NCBI GenBank assembly: GCA_964363455.1 | Contig: CAYIIM010000003.1 | Location: forward strand, 1 to 34,729 | From: an uncultured Candidatus Saccharibacteria bacterium | GTDB taxonomy: Bacteria > Patescibacteriota > Minisyncoccia > UBA6257 > 2-01-FULL-56-20 | Length of the DNA stretch: 34,729 nucleotides | Direction of reading: 5' to 3' | Shown: positions 7,232-17,843 of the stretch, in pieces | Position numbering within the stretch: the first letter of the stretch is position 1 | How the letters are laid out: each line of letters begins with the position of its first letter | Position numbers and translations under genes: made by a program | Notes under the pieces: generated by a model | Database searches by the model: none | Told to the model about the DNA's origin: nothing | What the model saw: the letters and a program-made list of their open reading frames with translations, nothing else

Positions 7232-8293
7232 TTATGGCTTTGGGGCGAGTTGCTTGATTTTTTCTGCGGCTTTCTCGCTTTCGATTTCGGCTTGGCGGAT
7301 GGAGGTAAGGCGAGCGTGTTCTTGTGTTACCAGTTCATGCTCCTTTAAAAACCACGCCGCTCTTGGACCAACATAGCAAGCTTCATCGAGGTTCCTGACT
7401 CTCCTATCTTTTTGGACGGGATGGCGATACTGCTGAAGACTGTCTCGGAGCGCGATTTGGCGCAGTTTGGCGAGGCAGGCTTTGTCGAGCGAGAGAATCC
7501 ACTCGCGCAGAACATCAAGACGCTTTATATCGACGAGCACTCCAACCATCCAAGGTTTCGCTGAGTTGAGTCGAGCGCGCATCGTGCGGTTGTGCTCCCT
7601 GATCTCTTTCTGCTGTTCCGCGCCCAGCCAATTCGGTACATTGCTTTCTTTCCAGCCCCAGATAAATCGAGCTAGGTTGACGAGAAATTCATGAGCAAGT
7701 TTCTCGTTGTGTGAGGATTCTTTTCGGCAGGTAAGATTGCGAATTGAACCTTGACTGAAGACGCTAGAACTTTCTTCAGAGCGAAAAAAGTTCTGGATGA
7801 TTGGGAAAAAGCGTTCGGATGTAAAAAGCACCTTCCAGAGATCGTTGAAGTCATCGCCGTTTCGTCCGCCACCTTTCAAGCTTACCTCTTTGAAGACATT
7901 CAGGCATAGCACATCGAAGGCCTTTTGCGCGATGATCCGACGTAAATCCGAGAGGGACTTTTCTGTAATCAGTCCTTCGTTGTCGCTCCATCGATAATAA
8001 CGGTCTCTGTCTTCGGGTTTTCGGAGGATATTGAAGGCGTCGGCCCAGCCATCGGCGATATTGAAGTAGAAAATGAGACGGTCGATTGAGTCATACGTCT
8101 TTTCATCGTGATGGCGGCGACCTAAGGAAACTGTAAAACCTGCGTGGAGAAGACCAAGCATTTCCTCGATAGACTTGGCCGATTCCCAGCGTTCGAGCAG
8201 TTCCGCCCAATTTCGAATAGGGCGGATTTCGCGGGCGAGAAGCGGGTGGGTGGTTTCTTTCGCTTCGGTGACTTCGGTGGTATTTGTGGGCAT
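7232..8293 (-). CDS. hypothetical protein (353 aa, probably helical)
   Basis: Long ORF preceded by AAGAAAGGGG and TTGACA-18-TATAAA (8379-8350); no motif recognised. Confidence 0.8.
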   Translation of the reverse strand: MPTNTTEVTEAKETTHPLLAREIRPIRNWAELLERWESAKSIEEMLGLLHAGFTVSLGRRHHDEKTYDSIDRLIFYFNIADGWADAFNILRKPEDRDRYYRWSDNEGLITEKSLSDLRRIIAQKAFDVLCLNVFKEVSLKGGGRNGDDFNDLWKVLFTSERFFPIIQNFFRSEESSSVFSQGSIRNLTCRKESSHNEKLAHEFLVNLARFIWGWKESNVPNWLGAEQQKEIREHNRTMRARLNSAKPWMVGVLVDIKRLDVLREWILSLDKACLAKLRQIALRDSLQQYRHPVQKDRRVRNLDEACYVGPRAAWFLKEHELVTQEHARLTSIRQAEIESEKAAEKIKQLAPKP

Positions 8294-8512
8294 AAAAGCC
8301 CCCTTTCTTGGGTTATGCCCCGCACTGTGGCGGGACAGGTTCTGAGTAGTTTATATCCTTTTTAATTATTAAATGTCAATTTATTGTGTTTAGGTTTTTT
8401 AAAAGTATTATTGGTTTAAAGGCTTAATTTTAATCCACAGAAATGGGGAGGTTTTGACGTAAAAGGGTGGTAAAATATATAAGGGATTGTTCTAATTTTT
8501 TACCACTTTGAA

Positions 8513-11500
8513 ATGAGCAAAGAAGCAAGGGTTAGTTTAAAAAACTATTTCGGGAGTTGGACTAAAATTGGGATTTTGGTTGGGGTTTTGGTGTTGGCAT
8601 TGATTGCTTTTTTCGTTAGCCAAGAGGCATTTATCACCGCAGAGGTGACGGATTTTTATCCTTCGACATGTTTGGGATCTTGGCAGGATCCAGAGAAAGC
8701 CCAAGGGGAGCCAGAGACGTTTAGGTTTCCGGAGAAGGAATTGAATAATGATAACTCGGCTTACTTGGATAAGGCGGAAGGAGATATTTATTGCGGACAG
8801 TTTTTGCCAGGTGATTATGTCGGCGAAGGCGAGATAAAAGGAGTGGGATTAACACTTGTGTGGAATGTACAAGGCTTGCCAGAATTAGTTTTACCAGAAC
8901 CGACGGTGACGCCGGAGACAACTTCGACGCCGAACGCGGATGAAGATATTCCAACTAGCGAAGGGGCGGTGATCAAAGACGTGATTGAAGCTCCAACCGA
9001 GCGAACTAAAGAAGAGTCGAGTAATGGTGATTCCGCAAAAGAAGAACCAGCGACCCCCCCGAGTTCTTTGAATCGATTTTTAGTTCCGCTGGTTTTGGCG
9101 CAGTCAGAAGAGCCATCTGCGCCGGCATCGACAGTTGAGCCAGCTCCGGTTCAGGCGACTGAGCCGCCAGTGATTTCAAATCCAGAGCCGATAAATGAGC
9201 CGGTAGTTGGGGCGCCAAAAGAAACGGAGGTGGAGAAAAATCCGCCGATAAACGAAGAATTGAAAAATGAAAATGGAGAGGAAATAAAACCGGAAGAGGT
9301 GAAAATCGGCGAGGTGTTAGCGGAGCCGGTGACGGAAATTATCCACGAAGCGCCGAAAGTGGTGGACGAAAGCTTTTTGAGGATTAGTTATAGTTTGGAC
9401 GGACAGGAGTGGAAAGAGATTTCTAAAATAGGCGCGGCAAATTGGTTTCATTACACCATGCCTTTGCCGATTAATTCTTGGGAGGATTTAAGAAAGGCGC
9501 AATTTAGGATTGAGGGGATTGAAAACTCTTTAGAAACTTTTCCAGAAATATATCTAGATGGAATGTTTTTGGAGGTGCAGTATGAGAAACCGCCAATTGT
9601 GGAAATTTTTGAGACGGCGGAGGTTGTGCAAGAGCCGGTGCGGGAGGTGGAGTTGCCGGAGGGAGTACCGCTAATTGTGATTCCAGAGGGTGAGGGATTA
9701 AAGCCAGCGCCGACAGATGAGAAAAATTTTTCACCGAATGAACGCCCTAGTTTTGAATTTGACTTGGAGAATTTGCCGTCGGGAGACGCTAGTGGCGGAA
9801 CTTCGAGGGCGGGACCGAGGGGAAATATTGAGAATAGAGAATTGAGTATAAGAGAAGAAAGCATGGCCGAAAGCGGAATTGCAAATAAAAGAGAAGGGAG
9901 GGGAAAAAATGGAGTTTCAAAAAACTCCAATTTTGGTTTTTTGCGACCCGGTTTTTTATTAGGGAGATTCGTTTTGAGCGTGGGAGATTTTAATTTTTTG
10001 AATCGGGCGCGGGCGCAGAGTGATGCCGGGGTAAAGGTTTTGAACGAAGCCAATCCGGTCATAGCGCAAGTAATTGATTCGGCGGGTGAGCCGACGGCAA
10101 TCGCACCGACGATTTTGACGATTAACAATAAGTTGCGAGTAAACGTGCCGGAGCCGAAGAGATCTTTGAGGCCGGGAATATATAAACTTAGAGTTTGGGT
10201 TTTGCGAGAAGGAAAAGTTTTTTTTAGCGAGACGGAATTTACTTGGGGGGTTTTTGCGATCAATTTTGACAAATCGATTTATACTTTAGGCGATAAGGCA
10301 AATGTTGGAATGGCGGTACTTGATGATGGTGGGCATACGATTTGTGATGCGCAGATAAGTTTGCGAGTGGTTTTGCCTTCTGGAAGTGAAGTGAATTTTT
10401 CGACGCGGGATGGATCCATAATTTACAGCGATACTTGCGGACCGGACAATGTGACACAGGAGGCGGATTATAAAACCAATTTTGCGGTCAACGCGACGGG
10501 GACGTACAAAATTTTTGCGACGACGAGGACGGCGAATGGATTGCGGGACTTTGAAGACAAGTTTGAGGTTCAGGAGAATCCACTTTTTGACGTAGTACGT
10601 TCGGGGCCGACGCGTATTTTTCCACCGGCGGAGTATCGGGTTTCGATGCGAATAACGCCAAAAGAAGATTTTGATGGAATTGTGAAAGAGGTGGTGCCGG
10701 CGGAGTTTCGAGTAGTGGCAAACGAGTCGATTGACGAAAGGGTGGTGGGCGAGGAGAGGATTTTAATTTGGAGTTTGGATTTGAAGGCGGGGGAGAGGCG
10801 GGAGATTAGTTATATTTTCAAAGCGCCGGATATTTCGCCGGAGTTTTATAAACTTGGGCCTTTGGGTTTTTATGAAAATAGTGATGATATTCGGCCAATT
10901 TTTTCGGAGATAAGGAGTTGGCAGATTGCGGCGGATGTGGTGGTAAACGATGGAAGCGCGATGGTTTATGGCGACGCGGCTAATGACAGCACTTCGACGG
11001 TTCGATATATTTCCGCAACTAGCACGACTGGATCGGCAGTGACAACAGTGGCGGTGGGGGCGGGAACAACAAATTTAACGGAGATAAAACATGTGAGTTT
11101 GAAGGCGGCGCCGACGAGAGTAGAGTATGTTTCGGGACAGTTACTCGCTAATGGACGTTTAGACTTTATAAAGGCGAGTGGGACAACTTGGGGGAATTTG
11201 TTTAATGTTTCAAGTAGCGCTGTACAGATTTGTGACAACTCGTTGGGCGCCTGTAATCAAACTTTTGATTTGGCGTATGAACAATTATCGGGTCGGGCGT
11301 TAATGGTTTACGGGAGTTCCAGTAATGATGGAATAATTTATTATCGAACTTGGGATGGAAATGCCACTTCCTCTGAGTCGAGTTTTACTTTCAACAACGG
11401 TTCGTCGAATGATACAAATTGGGTGCGATTGGTGCCAAAAGGAGATCGGCTCACCGATAATCGATCAAATGAGATGATGCTCTTGGTGGCGGATGCCGGA

Positions 11501-14500
11501 GGTGGTCTTTTCGCGGCTTATTGGGACGGGACGCAGTTTTTGACTTCAACGACATTAGACACAATGCCGACGGCTAATGGCCGAGCGTTTGATGGAGCCT
11601 GGGAAACAGTTTCGGGAAATTTTATCGCGGCTTACGCTTCCTCATCAAGTTCTTCGACTTTGGAAATTTTTGCGTACAGAAAATTTAGCGGCGGAGCATG
11701 GAGCGCGCCGAGTTCAACTGGTCCGGGCGATTTTTTCACTGATTTTTCTGGTAATGTTTCTACTGGCATGTGGGTGTCTTTAGCAGCTGATCCATTAAGC
11801 AATAGAATTGCCGGGGGTTTTGAATATCAAATTTCTACAAATATTGGAGCAAGCGAAGCGGAGGGGGTGTGGAAAAGAGATGGAACGAGTGAAGATTGGA
11901 ATGATATTTCTGCCCAAGGCGTTGCCCTTGAATCGGATGAAGTTTTTGGGCAGGTTCAAGCTGGATTTGAAAGGTTTGGGACAAGTGATGGAACTTCGAC
12001 GGCAATCTTTACTATAAATACTGGATCTTTCTCGGATACGGCTGATTATATGACCTGGATACCGAGTACAGGTATGGCGGCGGCGATTGATATTCCAGGT
12101 GGTTGGACGGATGACGGTAATCATCGGAAATTAGTTCCAAGTCCAAATCGAGATGATATGGTTTGGTTAGGTGTTGACTCAGATAATGATTTAAATGATC
12201 AGTATTGGCACGGCACGGGCTGGAACGCTACCGGAGCAGAATTAAGTACGGCGGTGGCCACGACGACGGATGGCAACGCGATTCCAATGGAAAATAACGC
12301 GTTTGATTTTGCTTGGCGACCCTACTCGCCGTGGTCGCTCAACTGGCGATGGTATAACGGTACGTCAACAGCAGATACGCCCCCAGATGCTTTGGCGGCG
12401 GAAAATACTTCAAGCTCGATTTCGAGTTCATCGATGAAGTTGCGATTAAGGTTTAATGTGGCTGAAGAAGGTGGCAACGACCAAACGGACGCGAGAAAAA
12501 AACTGCAATGGACAACAAGTACAACGCCTGAGGCGTCGTCAACGGTTTGGTCGGACGTTGGGAATGTTGGGAGCTCAACGATCTGGCGATATTTTGATCC
12601 GGATACGGGTAGCGCGGTGGGCAATGATGGGACGGTGGTAGCGGCGACCGTACTTTCGAGTTCGACAGCGGCGGGTTGGTGGAATTTAAGCAAAGACGCG
12701 ACTGCGAACGCAAACATGGATCACGCTTCAACTACCATTCGAGAGCTGGAATTTCCAATTGAGGGCAACAACGCGGACACGGGGTATACTTATTATTTTA
12801 GGATGTATGATGTAGATCAAGGATCACCGGTTTATCGTTTTCAGCCGAGTTGGCCGACAACGCCGTGTAATTCGGCGGTAGCTTGCAGTTATCCAAGGAT
12901 ATTTATTTCTCCACCAGTGCCTTCGGTGACATCGGTTAATTTGAATGGGGGGAGCGCGATCACACTACTTCCAAATACTACGACCACGATTTATGTTAAT
13001 TTTACGGTGACGGACGCAAGCGGTTGCAGTGATGTTTTTACCAGCGGGAATGTGACAACCACTATTTACCGCTCAGGAGTTTTGGGGACTTGCTCTTTGG
13101 ATGATCTGAATTGTTATCGGGTGACAACTTCGACTCATAACTGCTCGGGAGGGAGTACTGCCAATGGCACATCGACTTTTGACGTTTATTATTTTGCTCA
13201 AGCGACAGATGGAACTTCTGCTTTTCCATCCCAATATTGGGAAGCGTTGGTGGAAGCAAGAGATGGAAGTAATAATACAACGACGGCAACTTCGACCGGC
13301 GTCGATGTGAATGGACTTTTAGCGATTGAGCTTGTCACTTCAACTATTAATTACGGATCGCTTAATCCAACGAGCACGATGGGGGCGGTCAATCGACTGA
13401 TACCGATTAGGAATGTTGGGAATTCTTCAAACACGATTCAGGTTTATGGATCCGCTCTGAAGAAAGGATCAAATTCAATCGCGACTTCTTCACAGCACTA
13501 TGCTTCATCTTCCTTTGTTTTTGGCGGAAATGAAGGGCAAATTTCAAACACGGCGACGACAATTTCGGGACTGACTGTTTTGCCTCATACCTCGGTTTTA
13601 AATACGATTGGAAGTTGGTCAGGTGTGACGGCGTTGCCGAGTACACTTCTTTATCACGCAGTGGCTGGATTTGGTGATTATATTTATTTGGTTGGGGGGG
13701 CCCCGGGTGGCTCGGGAACGACTACAACTGTAAAGTATGCTGCGGTGGCGGCGGACGGAACTTTAGGGAGTTGGACAAATACGGCGGCCTTACAATCAGG
13801 GATCGTGGAGCATGGAGCCGTTTCTTCAAATGGTTATATGTATGTTGCAGGCGGGGGAACTACAGCTTCTAATTTCGCAACGGCAACAACGACAGTAAAA
13901 TATTCGGCGATTGCGGCTGATGGGACTTTGGGAGCATGGAGTAACACTACGGCTCTCACCAGTCCAATTATGGAGCACGAAATAGTGGTTTATGGAGGAA
14001 GAATTTATTCAATGGGTGGATTGGTGGCTTCTAATACTGGAACCACAACGGTTAAATATGCTTCTATTAGCGCAGATGGAACGGTTGGGTCTTGGAGTGA
14101 CACGACCGCTCTTTCCGCCGCGCTTTATGAATTTGAGGCGGATGAATATAACGGATATATCTACGTGACGGGAGGAGAGGTGGCGGGCAGTGCGGTTTCG
14201 ACCGTTTATTACGCGAAGATTCAAAACGACGGAACGCTTAGTGCTTGGACAACGGGGACGGCTCTGTCAACAAATCTGAATGATCATTCGGCTGTGGCGA
14301 GTAATGGGTATTTGTATCGGATTGGTGGACATACTGCTGCTGACGCTTCAAGAACCAGCACGGTGGCTTACTCAGTGTTGAGCGCAAATGGATCTATGGG
14401 ATCGTGGACTGATACAACAGTTTATCCATTCACAAATGCTTATGGAGAGGAGGTTGTTTCTCGGGGATATGTTTTTGAAGTGAGCGGATTTCCGGGTGGG

Positions 14501-14641
14501 GTGACAACAACGGTTAAGTCTGCCCCAATTCTTAACGGGCTGAGTGAAGCGAATACGTTTTGGGGGTTGGGGCTAAGTGATTACGTACCGACCGGAACTT
14601 ATACGGGTTCGACGACTTTTATTGGCGTCTTTTCACCTTAG
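8513..14641 (+). CDS. giant modular surface protein: N-terminal TM, Pro/Glu linkers, beta-rich domains, shared scaffold with inserted six-blade Kelch propeller
   Basis: 2042 aa; hydrophobic N-terminus; six YxYxxGG-type repeats with G-x-W-x-x-TT-AL turns (~13600-14535); IYRSGV/NCY/SSQHYA/FWGL motifs shared with the 624 and 329 aa ORFs. Confidence 0.85.
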   Translation: MSKEARVSLKNYFGSWTKIGILVGVLVLALIAFFVSQEAFITAEVTDFYPSTCLGSWQDPEKAQGEPETFRFPEKELNNDNSAYLDKAEGDIYCGQFLPGDYVGEGEIKGVGLTLVWNVQGLPELVLPEPTVTPETTSTPNADEDIPTSEGAVIKDVIEAPTERTKEESSNGDSAKEEPATPPSSLNRFLVPLVLAQSEEPSAPASTVEPAPVQATEPPVISNPEPINEPVVGAPKETEVEKNPPINEELKNENGEEIKPEEVKIGEVLAEPVTEIIHEAPKVVDESFLRISYSLDGQEWKEISKIGAANWFHYTMPLPINSWEDLRKAQFRIEGIENSLETFPEIYLDGMFLEVQYEKPPIVEIFETAEVVQEPVREVELPEGVPLIVIPEGEGLKPAPTDEKNFSPNERPSFEFDLENLPSGDASGGTSRAGPRGNIENRELSIREESMAESGIANKREGRGKNGVSKNSNFGFLRPGFLLGRFVLSVGDFNFLNRARAQSDAGVKVLNEANPVIAQVIDSAGEPTAIAPTILTINNKLRVNVPEPKRSLRPGIYKLRVWVLREGKVFFSETEFTWGVFAINFDKSIYTLGDKANVGMAVLDDGGHTICDAQISLRVVLPSGSEVNFSTRDGSIIYSDTCGPDNVTQEADYKTNFAVNATGTYKIFATTRTANGLRDFEDKFEVQENPLFDVVRSGPTRIFPPAEYRVSMRITPKEDFDGIVKEVVPAEFRVVANESIDERVVGEERILIWSLDLKAGERREISYIFKAPDISPEFYKLGPLGFYENSDDIRPIFSEIRSWQIAADVVVNDGSAMVYGDAANDSTSTVRYISATSTTGSAVTTVAVGAGTTNLTEIKHVSLKAAPTRVEYVSGQLLANGRLDFIKASGTTWGNLFNVSSSAVQICDNSLGACNQTFDLAYEQLSGRALMVYGSSSNDGIIYYRTWDGNATSSESSFTFNNGSSNDTNWVRLVPKGDRLTDNRSNEMMLLVADAGGGLFAAYWDGTQFLTSTTLDTMPTANGRAFDGAWETVSGNFIAAYASSSSSSTLEIFAYRKFSGGAWSAPSSTGPGDFFTDFSGNVSTGMWVSLAADPLSNRIAGGFEYQISTNIGASEAEGVWKRDGTSEDWNDISAQGVALESDEVFGQVQAGFERFGTSDGTSTAIFTINTGSFSDTADYMTWIPSTGMAAAIDIPGGWTDDGNHRKLVPSPNRDDMVWLGVDSDNDLNDQYWHGTGWNATGAELSTAVATTTDGNAIPMENNAFDFAWRPYSPWSLNWRWYNGTSTADTPPDALAAENTSSSISSSSMKLRLRFNVAEEGGNDQTDARKKLQWTTSTTPEASSTVWSDVGNVGSSTIWRYFDPDTGSAVGNDGTVVAATVLSSSTAAGWWNLSKDATANANMDHASTTIRELEFPIEGNNADTGYTYYFRMYDVDQGSPVYRFQPSWPTTPCNSAVACSYPRIFISPPVPSVTSVNLNGGSAITLLPNTTTTIYVNFTVTDASGCSDVFTSGNVTTTIYRSGVLGTCSLDDLNCYRVTTSTHNCSGGSTANGTSTFDVYYFAQATDGTSAFPSQYWEALVEARDGSNNTTTATSTGVDVNGLLAIELVTSTINYGSLNPTSTMGAVNRLIPIRNVGNSSNTIQVYGSALKKGSNSIATSSQHYASSSFVFGGNEGQISNTATTISGLTVLPHTSVLNTIGSWSGVTALPSTLLYHAVAGFGDYIYLVGGAPGGSGTTTTVKYAAVAADGTLGSWTNTAALQSGIVEHGAVSSNGYMYVAGGGTTASNFATATTTVKYSAIAADGTLGAWSNTTALTSPIMEHEIVVYGGRIYSMGGLVASNTGTTTVKYASISADGTVGSWSDTTALSAALYEFEADEYNGYIYVTGGEVAGSAVSTVYYAKIQNDGTLSAWTTGTALSTNLNDHSAVASNGYLYRIGGHTAADASRTSTVAYSVLSANGSMGSWTDTTVYPFTNAYGEEVVSRGYVFEVSGFPGGVTTTVKSAPILNGLSEANTFWGLGLSDYVPTGTYTGSTTFIGVFSP

Positions 14642-14645
14642 TAAT

Positions 14646-14683
14646 CACGAATATACGAATTGAGAGTAATATACGAATACGGA
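14646..14683 (+). repeat. TACGAAT/TACTAAT-family short repeat
   Basis: CACGAAT ATACGAAT ... AATATACGAATACGGA. Confidence 0.6.
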
Positions 14684-14725
14684 GAAGATAAGATAGGAAT
14701 TGGAGGATTTTTCATTTTAAAAATT

Positions 14726-14762
14726 TCTGAATTCTAAATACTAGATACTCAATACTAAATCC
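14726..14762. repeat. period-7 repeat (NAG-led on the minus strand)
   Basis: TTCTGAA TTCTAAA TACTAGA TACTCAA TACTAAA. Confidence 0.75.
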
Positions 14763-14778
14763 TGCTATAATTCAGGAG

Positions 14779-16653
14779 ATGAGTTCTCGAGCGCGAGACG
14801 CTTTTTGGCGTTTGAAAAATTATTTTGGATTTTTGCTTTTATTTTTGATTGGGGTTTTGTTTTTCGGGTTAGTTTTGTTTACGATTCAGGAAAATTCGGA
14901 CTTTTTAGGCGGGCTGGATTTTACGGTGGCGGCGACATCGAGTGATGCGACGGCAATCTTGGAGGTTGGAAATACAGCGCCGACGGCGACGGGGGTGAAA
15001 CTGAATAACGATACGGATATTGTTTTGATCGCTGGCACGACGACTTCAGTAGATGTGTCGGTTAATATTACGGATAACAATGGCTGCGCGGATATTCAGA
15101 ATGGAACGACGACAATTTTGGTCTATCGATCAGGAGTGACGTCTTCGACGTGTCTGACCACTCAAAATAACTTAAATTGTTATTTAGCAACCGCTTTTAC
15201 AGCCTCGAGTACATGTTCAGGTTCAGCTAACTCAATCAACGCGACGGCGACTTTTGGAATTTATTATTTTGCCGATCCAACGGACACTTCGAGTTCGTAT
15301 GAGTCGCAAAATTGGCTGGCGACGGTAATTTTCAAAGATCAGACCAACGCCACCGGATCCGGGCAATCGAGCGGGGTGGAACTGCGAGGGTTGACAGGGA
15401 TTGAAGTTGGAACTTCGTCGATTGATTATGGGACACTAAATGCATCGACGACCACTGGGTTTATAAACCAAATAACGCCGATTTCAAACAAAGGAAATAC
15501 GACAACGACTTTGTTGATTAACGGGACGGCGATGACATTGGCCGCGAATAAAATTTCAACCAGCTCTCAACATTACGCGACTTCGACATTTTACTACGGC
15601 GGAACCGAGCAACCACTTCAGGAGAGCGCAACGACGGTTTCGGGCGTGTCGCTTTTACCGAGGATTTCCTTGGTTAATGATGTTGGAAGTTGGGCAGAGA
15701 CGATGGCGTTGCCAAGCTCTCCTCGTTTTGCCGCGTTTGCGAATTCTCCCTACCACGTTTATGCGATGGGCGGTCAAACAACGACGACGGTGCGTTACGC
15801 GGCTTTTAATTCAGACGGAACAATTGGTTCTTGGGCTAATACTACGGCTCTGTCATCGTCAAGATTTTTGGCGGGAGGTTTGGTTTATGGCAATTATGTT
15901 TATGCTGTTGGGGGCAGTGGGCTTTCTCCTGATTCGGAGTACGCGCTACTTAACTCCAATGGTACGGTGGGGACGTGGATTTCTGGCTCCTCAATACCTA
16001 CAGGAGGGGACTACTCAAATTTTTCTTTGACTGCGGAGTACGGATATCTTTTTGCCTTTGGTGGAATCGACGGCGTTAGTGAGGTTGCGGCAGTCTATAA
16101 GGCCCAAATTGGGTCGGATGGAAGCATTGGCACTTGGATCAGCACAACGGCATTACCAAGCGTTTTAACTGATTCGGCCGCGGTTTCATATAATGGATAT
16201 GTTTATGTTTTAGGAGGGGCGATTAGCAGTGTGGATACTTCGACGGTAAGGTTTTCTTCGGTGGCTTCATCAGGAGTACTAGGCACCTGGACTAGCACAA
16301 CGGCCTTGCCGGGAGCAATGTCTTCATTTGGAGCGACGGTTTTAAATGGATATATTTATGTTTTAGGAGAATCGACAACAAGCGTTTTTTACGCTCCGAT
16401 CAATTCGACCGGGAGCCTTGGGTCTTGGACTTTGACAACGGCCATGCCGAGTACTCTTACAAATATTCGAGCGGTAAACAATAATGGATATATTTATGGG
16501 ATGCCGAATAGCGCGGCGACGAGTACGGTGATTTACGCCCAAATTAATAATGGCCGATCGGCCAAGAATCTTTTTTGGGGATTGGAAGTTCCTCAAACGC
16601 CTTCGGGAGCTTACTCAGGAGTAAATACTTTTACAGCCAGTTATTCACCTTAG
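14779..16653 (+). CDS. secreted/anchored scaffold protein with inserted six-blade Kelch propeller
   Basis: 624 aa; N-terminal TM; GNTAPT...DNNGCADI...VYRSGVTSSTC...SSQHYATS; six Kelch repeats; C-terminal FWGLEVP...GAYSGVNTFTASYSP. Confidence 0.85.
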   Translation: MSSRARDAFWRLKNYFGFLLLFLIGVLFFGLVLFTIQENSDFLGGLDFTVAATSSDATAILEVGNTAPTATGVKLNNDTDIVLIAGTTTSVDVSVNITDNNGCADIQNGTTTILVYRSGVTSSTCLTTQNNLNCYLATAFTASSTCSGSANSINATATFGIYYFADPTDTSSSYESQNWLATVIFKDQTNATGSGQSSGVELRGLTGIEVGTSSIDYGTLNASTTTGFINQITPISNKGNTTTTLLINGTAMTLAANKISTSSQHYATSTFYYGGTEQPLQESATTVSGVSLLPRISLVNDVGSWAETMALPSSPRFAAFANSPYHVYAMGGQTTTTVRYAAFNSDGTIGSWANTTALSSSRFLAGGLVYGNYVYAVGGSGLSPDSEYALLNSNGTVGTWISGSSIPTGGDYSNFSLTAEYGYLFAFGGIDGVSEVAAVYKAQIGSDGSIGTWISTTALPSVLTDSAAVSYNGYVYVLGGAISSVDTSTVRFSSVASSGVLGTWTSTTALPGAMSSFGATVLNGYIYVLGESTTSVFYAPINSTGSLGSWTLTTAMPSTLTNIRAVNNNGYIYGMPNSAATSTVIYAQINNGRSAKNLFWGLEVPQTPSGAYSGVNTFTASYSP

Positions 16654-16694
16654 GGTTTGTTTGCGACTACGAAGTTTTGTGGTAGGATTTTGCA

Positions 16695-17780
16695 ATGAAT
16701 AAGAGGTTTTCCGCTATGAGGTTTGGGTTTCTCGGTGCTATTCTTGTGTTTGGGGTTATTGTGATTGGAAGAGCGATCCTTCCTTTAGAAGTCGATTCAG
16801 CAGTGGTTGATGCGAAAAGGATCAAAGCGTTTCTCGAAGCGGAAAACGTTTTTCCGGGAGGAGTGGGGGTGTGGAGTAGTGTCGCTCCTTTACCGGGATC
16901 ATTGAGGAGTCATGTAGTTGTCAGCCAGAATAATTATATTTATGTAATCGGAGGCACGAACTCTAGCGGTGTTGATACTAAGAAAGTTTGGTTTGCTACA
17001 AGTAATTCAAGCGGGACTTTGAGTGTTTGGACAGAAACTACATCACTGCCGAAGGCGATCGCCTGGCATTCGGGAGTGGTGAATAACGGCAAGATTTATG
17101 TGATGGGCGGAAATTTTTCTGGCAGTCCGATTACCGATGTTTTGTTTGCCACGATTAATCCAGATGGAACTTTGGGAGTATGGACTCCAACGACAGCGCT
17201 CCCCGCTGTTTTGTATCGGCATTCTTCGATTGTGAATAACGGTTATGTTTATGTTTTTGCCGGAAATAGTACGGGTGGGTGCTGCACTTCAACTGTGCGC
17301 TACGCGCCGATCAATGCGAGCGGCACAATTGGAACTTGGACAAATACAACCCCTCTTGTTTATGGACATGAAATCCCTGTTGTTTTTTATAACGGTTATG
17401 TTTATGCGGTTGGGGGATCAAATGGATTATCTCCGATGCAAAATGTCCGCTACGCGTCGGTGGATGAGAACGGGAGTATCGGAGCTTGGACAAACACAAC
17501 TGCGTTGCCGCAGGCAGTGGCTGCGCAAGTGGCGGTGGCGCACAATGGATATCTTTATTCGATCGCGGGAGAAGTTTCTATAGGAGGGGAGACAGAAGAT
17601 ACGTATTTTGCGCCGATTAATCCTAATGGATCGATTGGCGCTTGGACAACTTCACCAAACCAACTTTTGCGACCGTTGCGTGATCACGCGGGTTTGGTGA
17701 GTAATGGATTCATGTATATTTTTGGCGGGAAAACGGGGCCATATGCCTTTCCGGATGTTTTTTCGGCGTCCATCCTTTAG
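16695..17780 (+). CDS. Kelch-repeat beta-propeller protein with signal/TM helix
   Basis: Six blades: YIYVIGG, KIYVMGG, YVYVFAG, YVYAVGG, YLYSIAG, FMYIFGG. Confidence 0.88.
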   Translation: MNKRFSAMRFGFLGAILVFGVIVIGRAILPLEVDSAVVDAKRIKAFLEAENVFPGGVGVWSSVAPLPGSLRSHVVVSQNNYIYVIGGTNSSGVDTKKVWFATSNSSGTLSVWTETTSLPKAIAWHSGVVNNGKIYVMGGNFSGSPITDVLFATINPDGTLGVWTPTTALPAVLYRHSSIVNNGYVYVFAGNSTGGCCTSTVRYAPINASGTIGTWTNTTPLVYGHEIPVVFYNGYVYAVGGSNGLSPMQNVRYASVDENGSIGAWTNTTALPQAVAAQVAVAHNGYLYSIAGEVSIGGETEDTYFAPINPNGSIGAWTTSPNQLLRPLRDHAGLVSNGFMYIFGGKTGPYAFPDVFSASIL

Positions 17781-17843
17781 GATTTGTAATAAGTTGAGTT
17801 AGTTTTCCCCATGACTTTTGTCGGGGTGGGTTATGATTAGTTA

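Noticed and set aside
9451-10272. 273 aa antisense ORF, and other antisense or out-of-frame ORFs in the track
   Set aside because: Shadow ORFs of well-supported genes; no motifs or independent signals.
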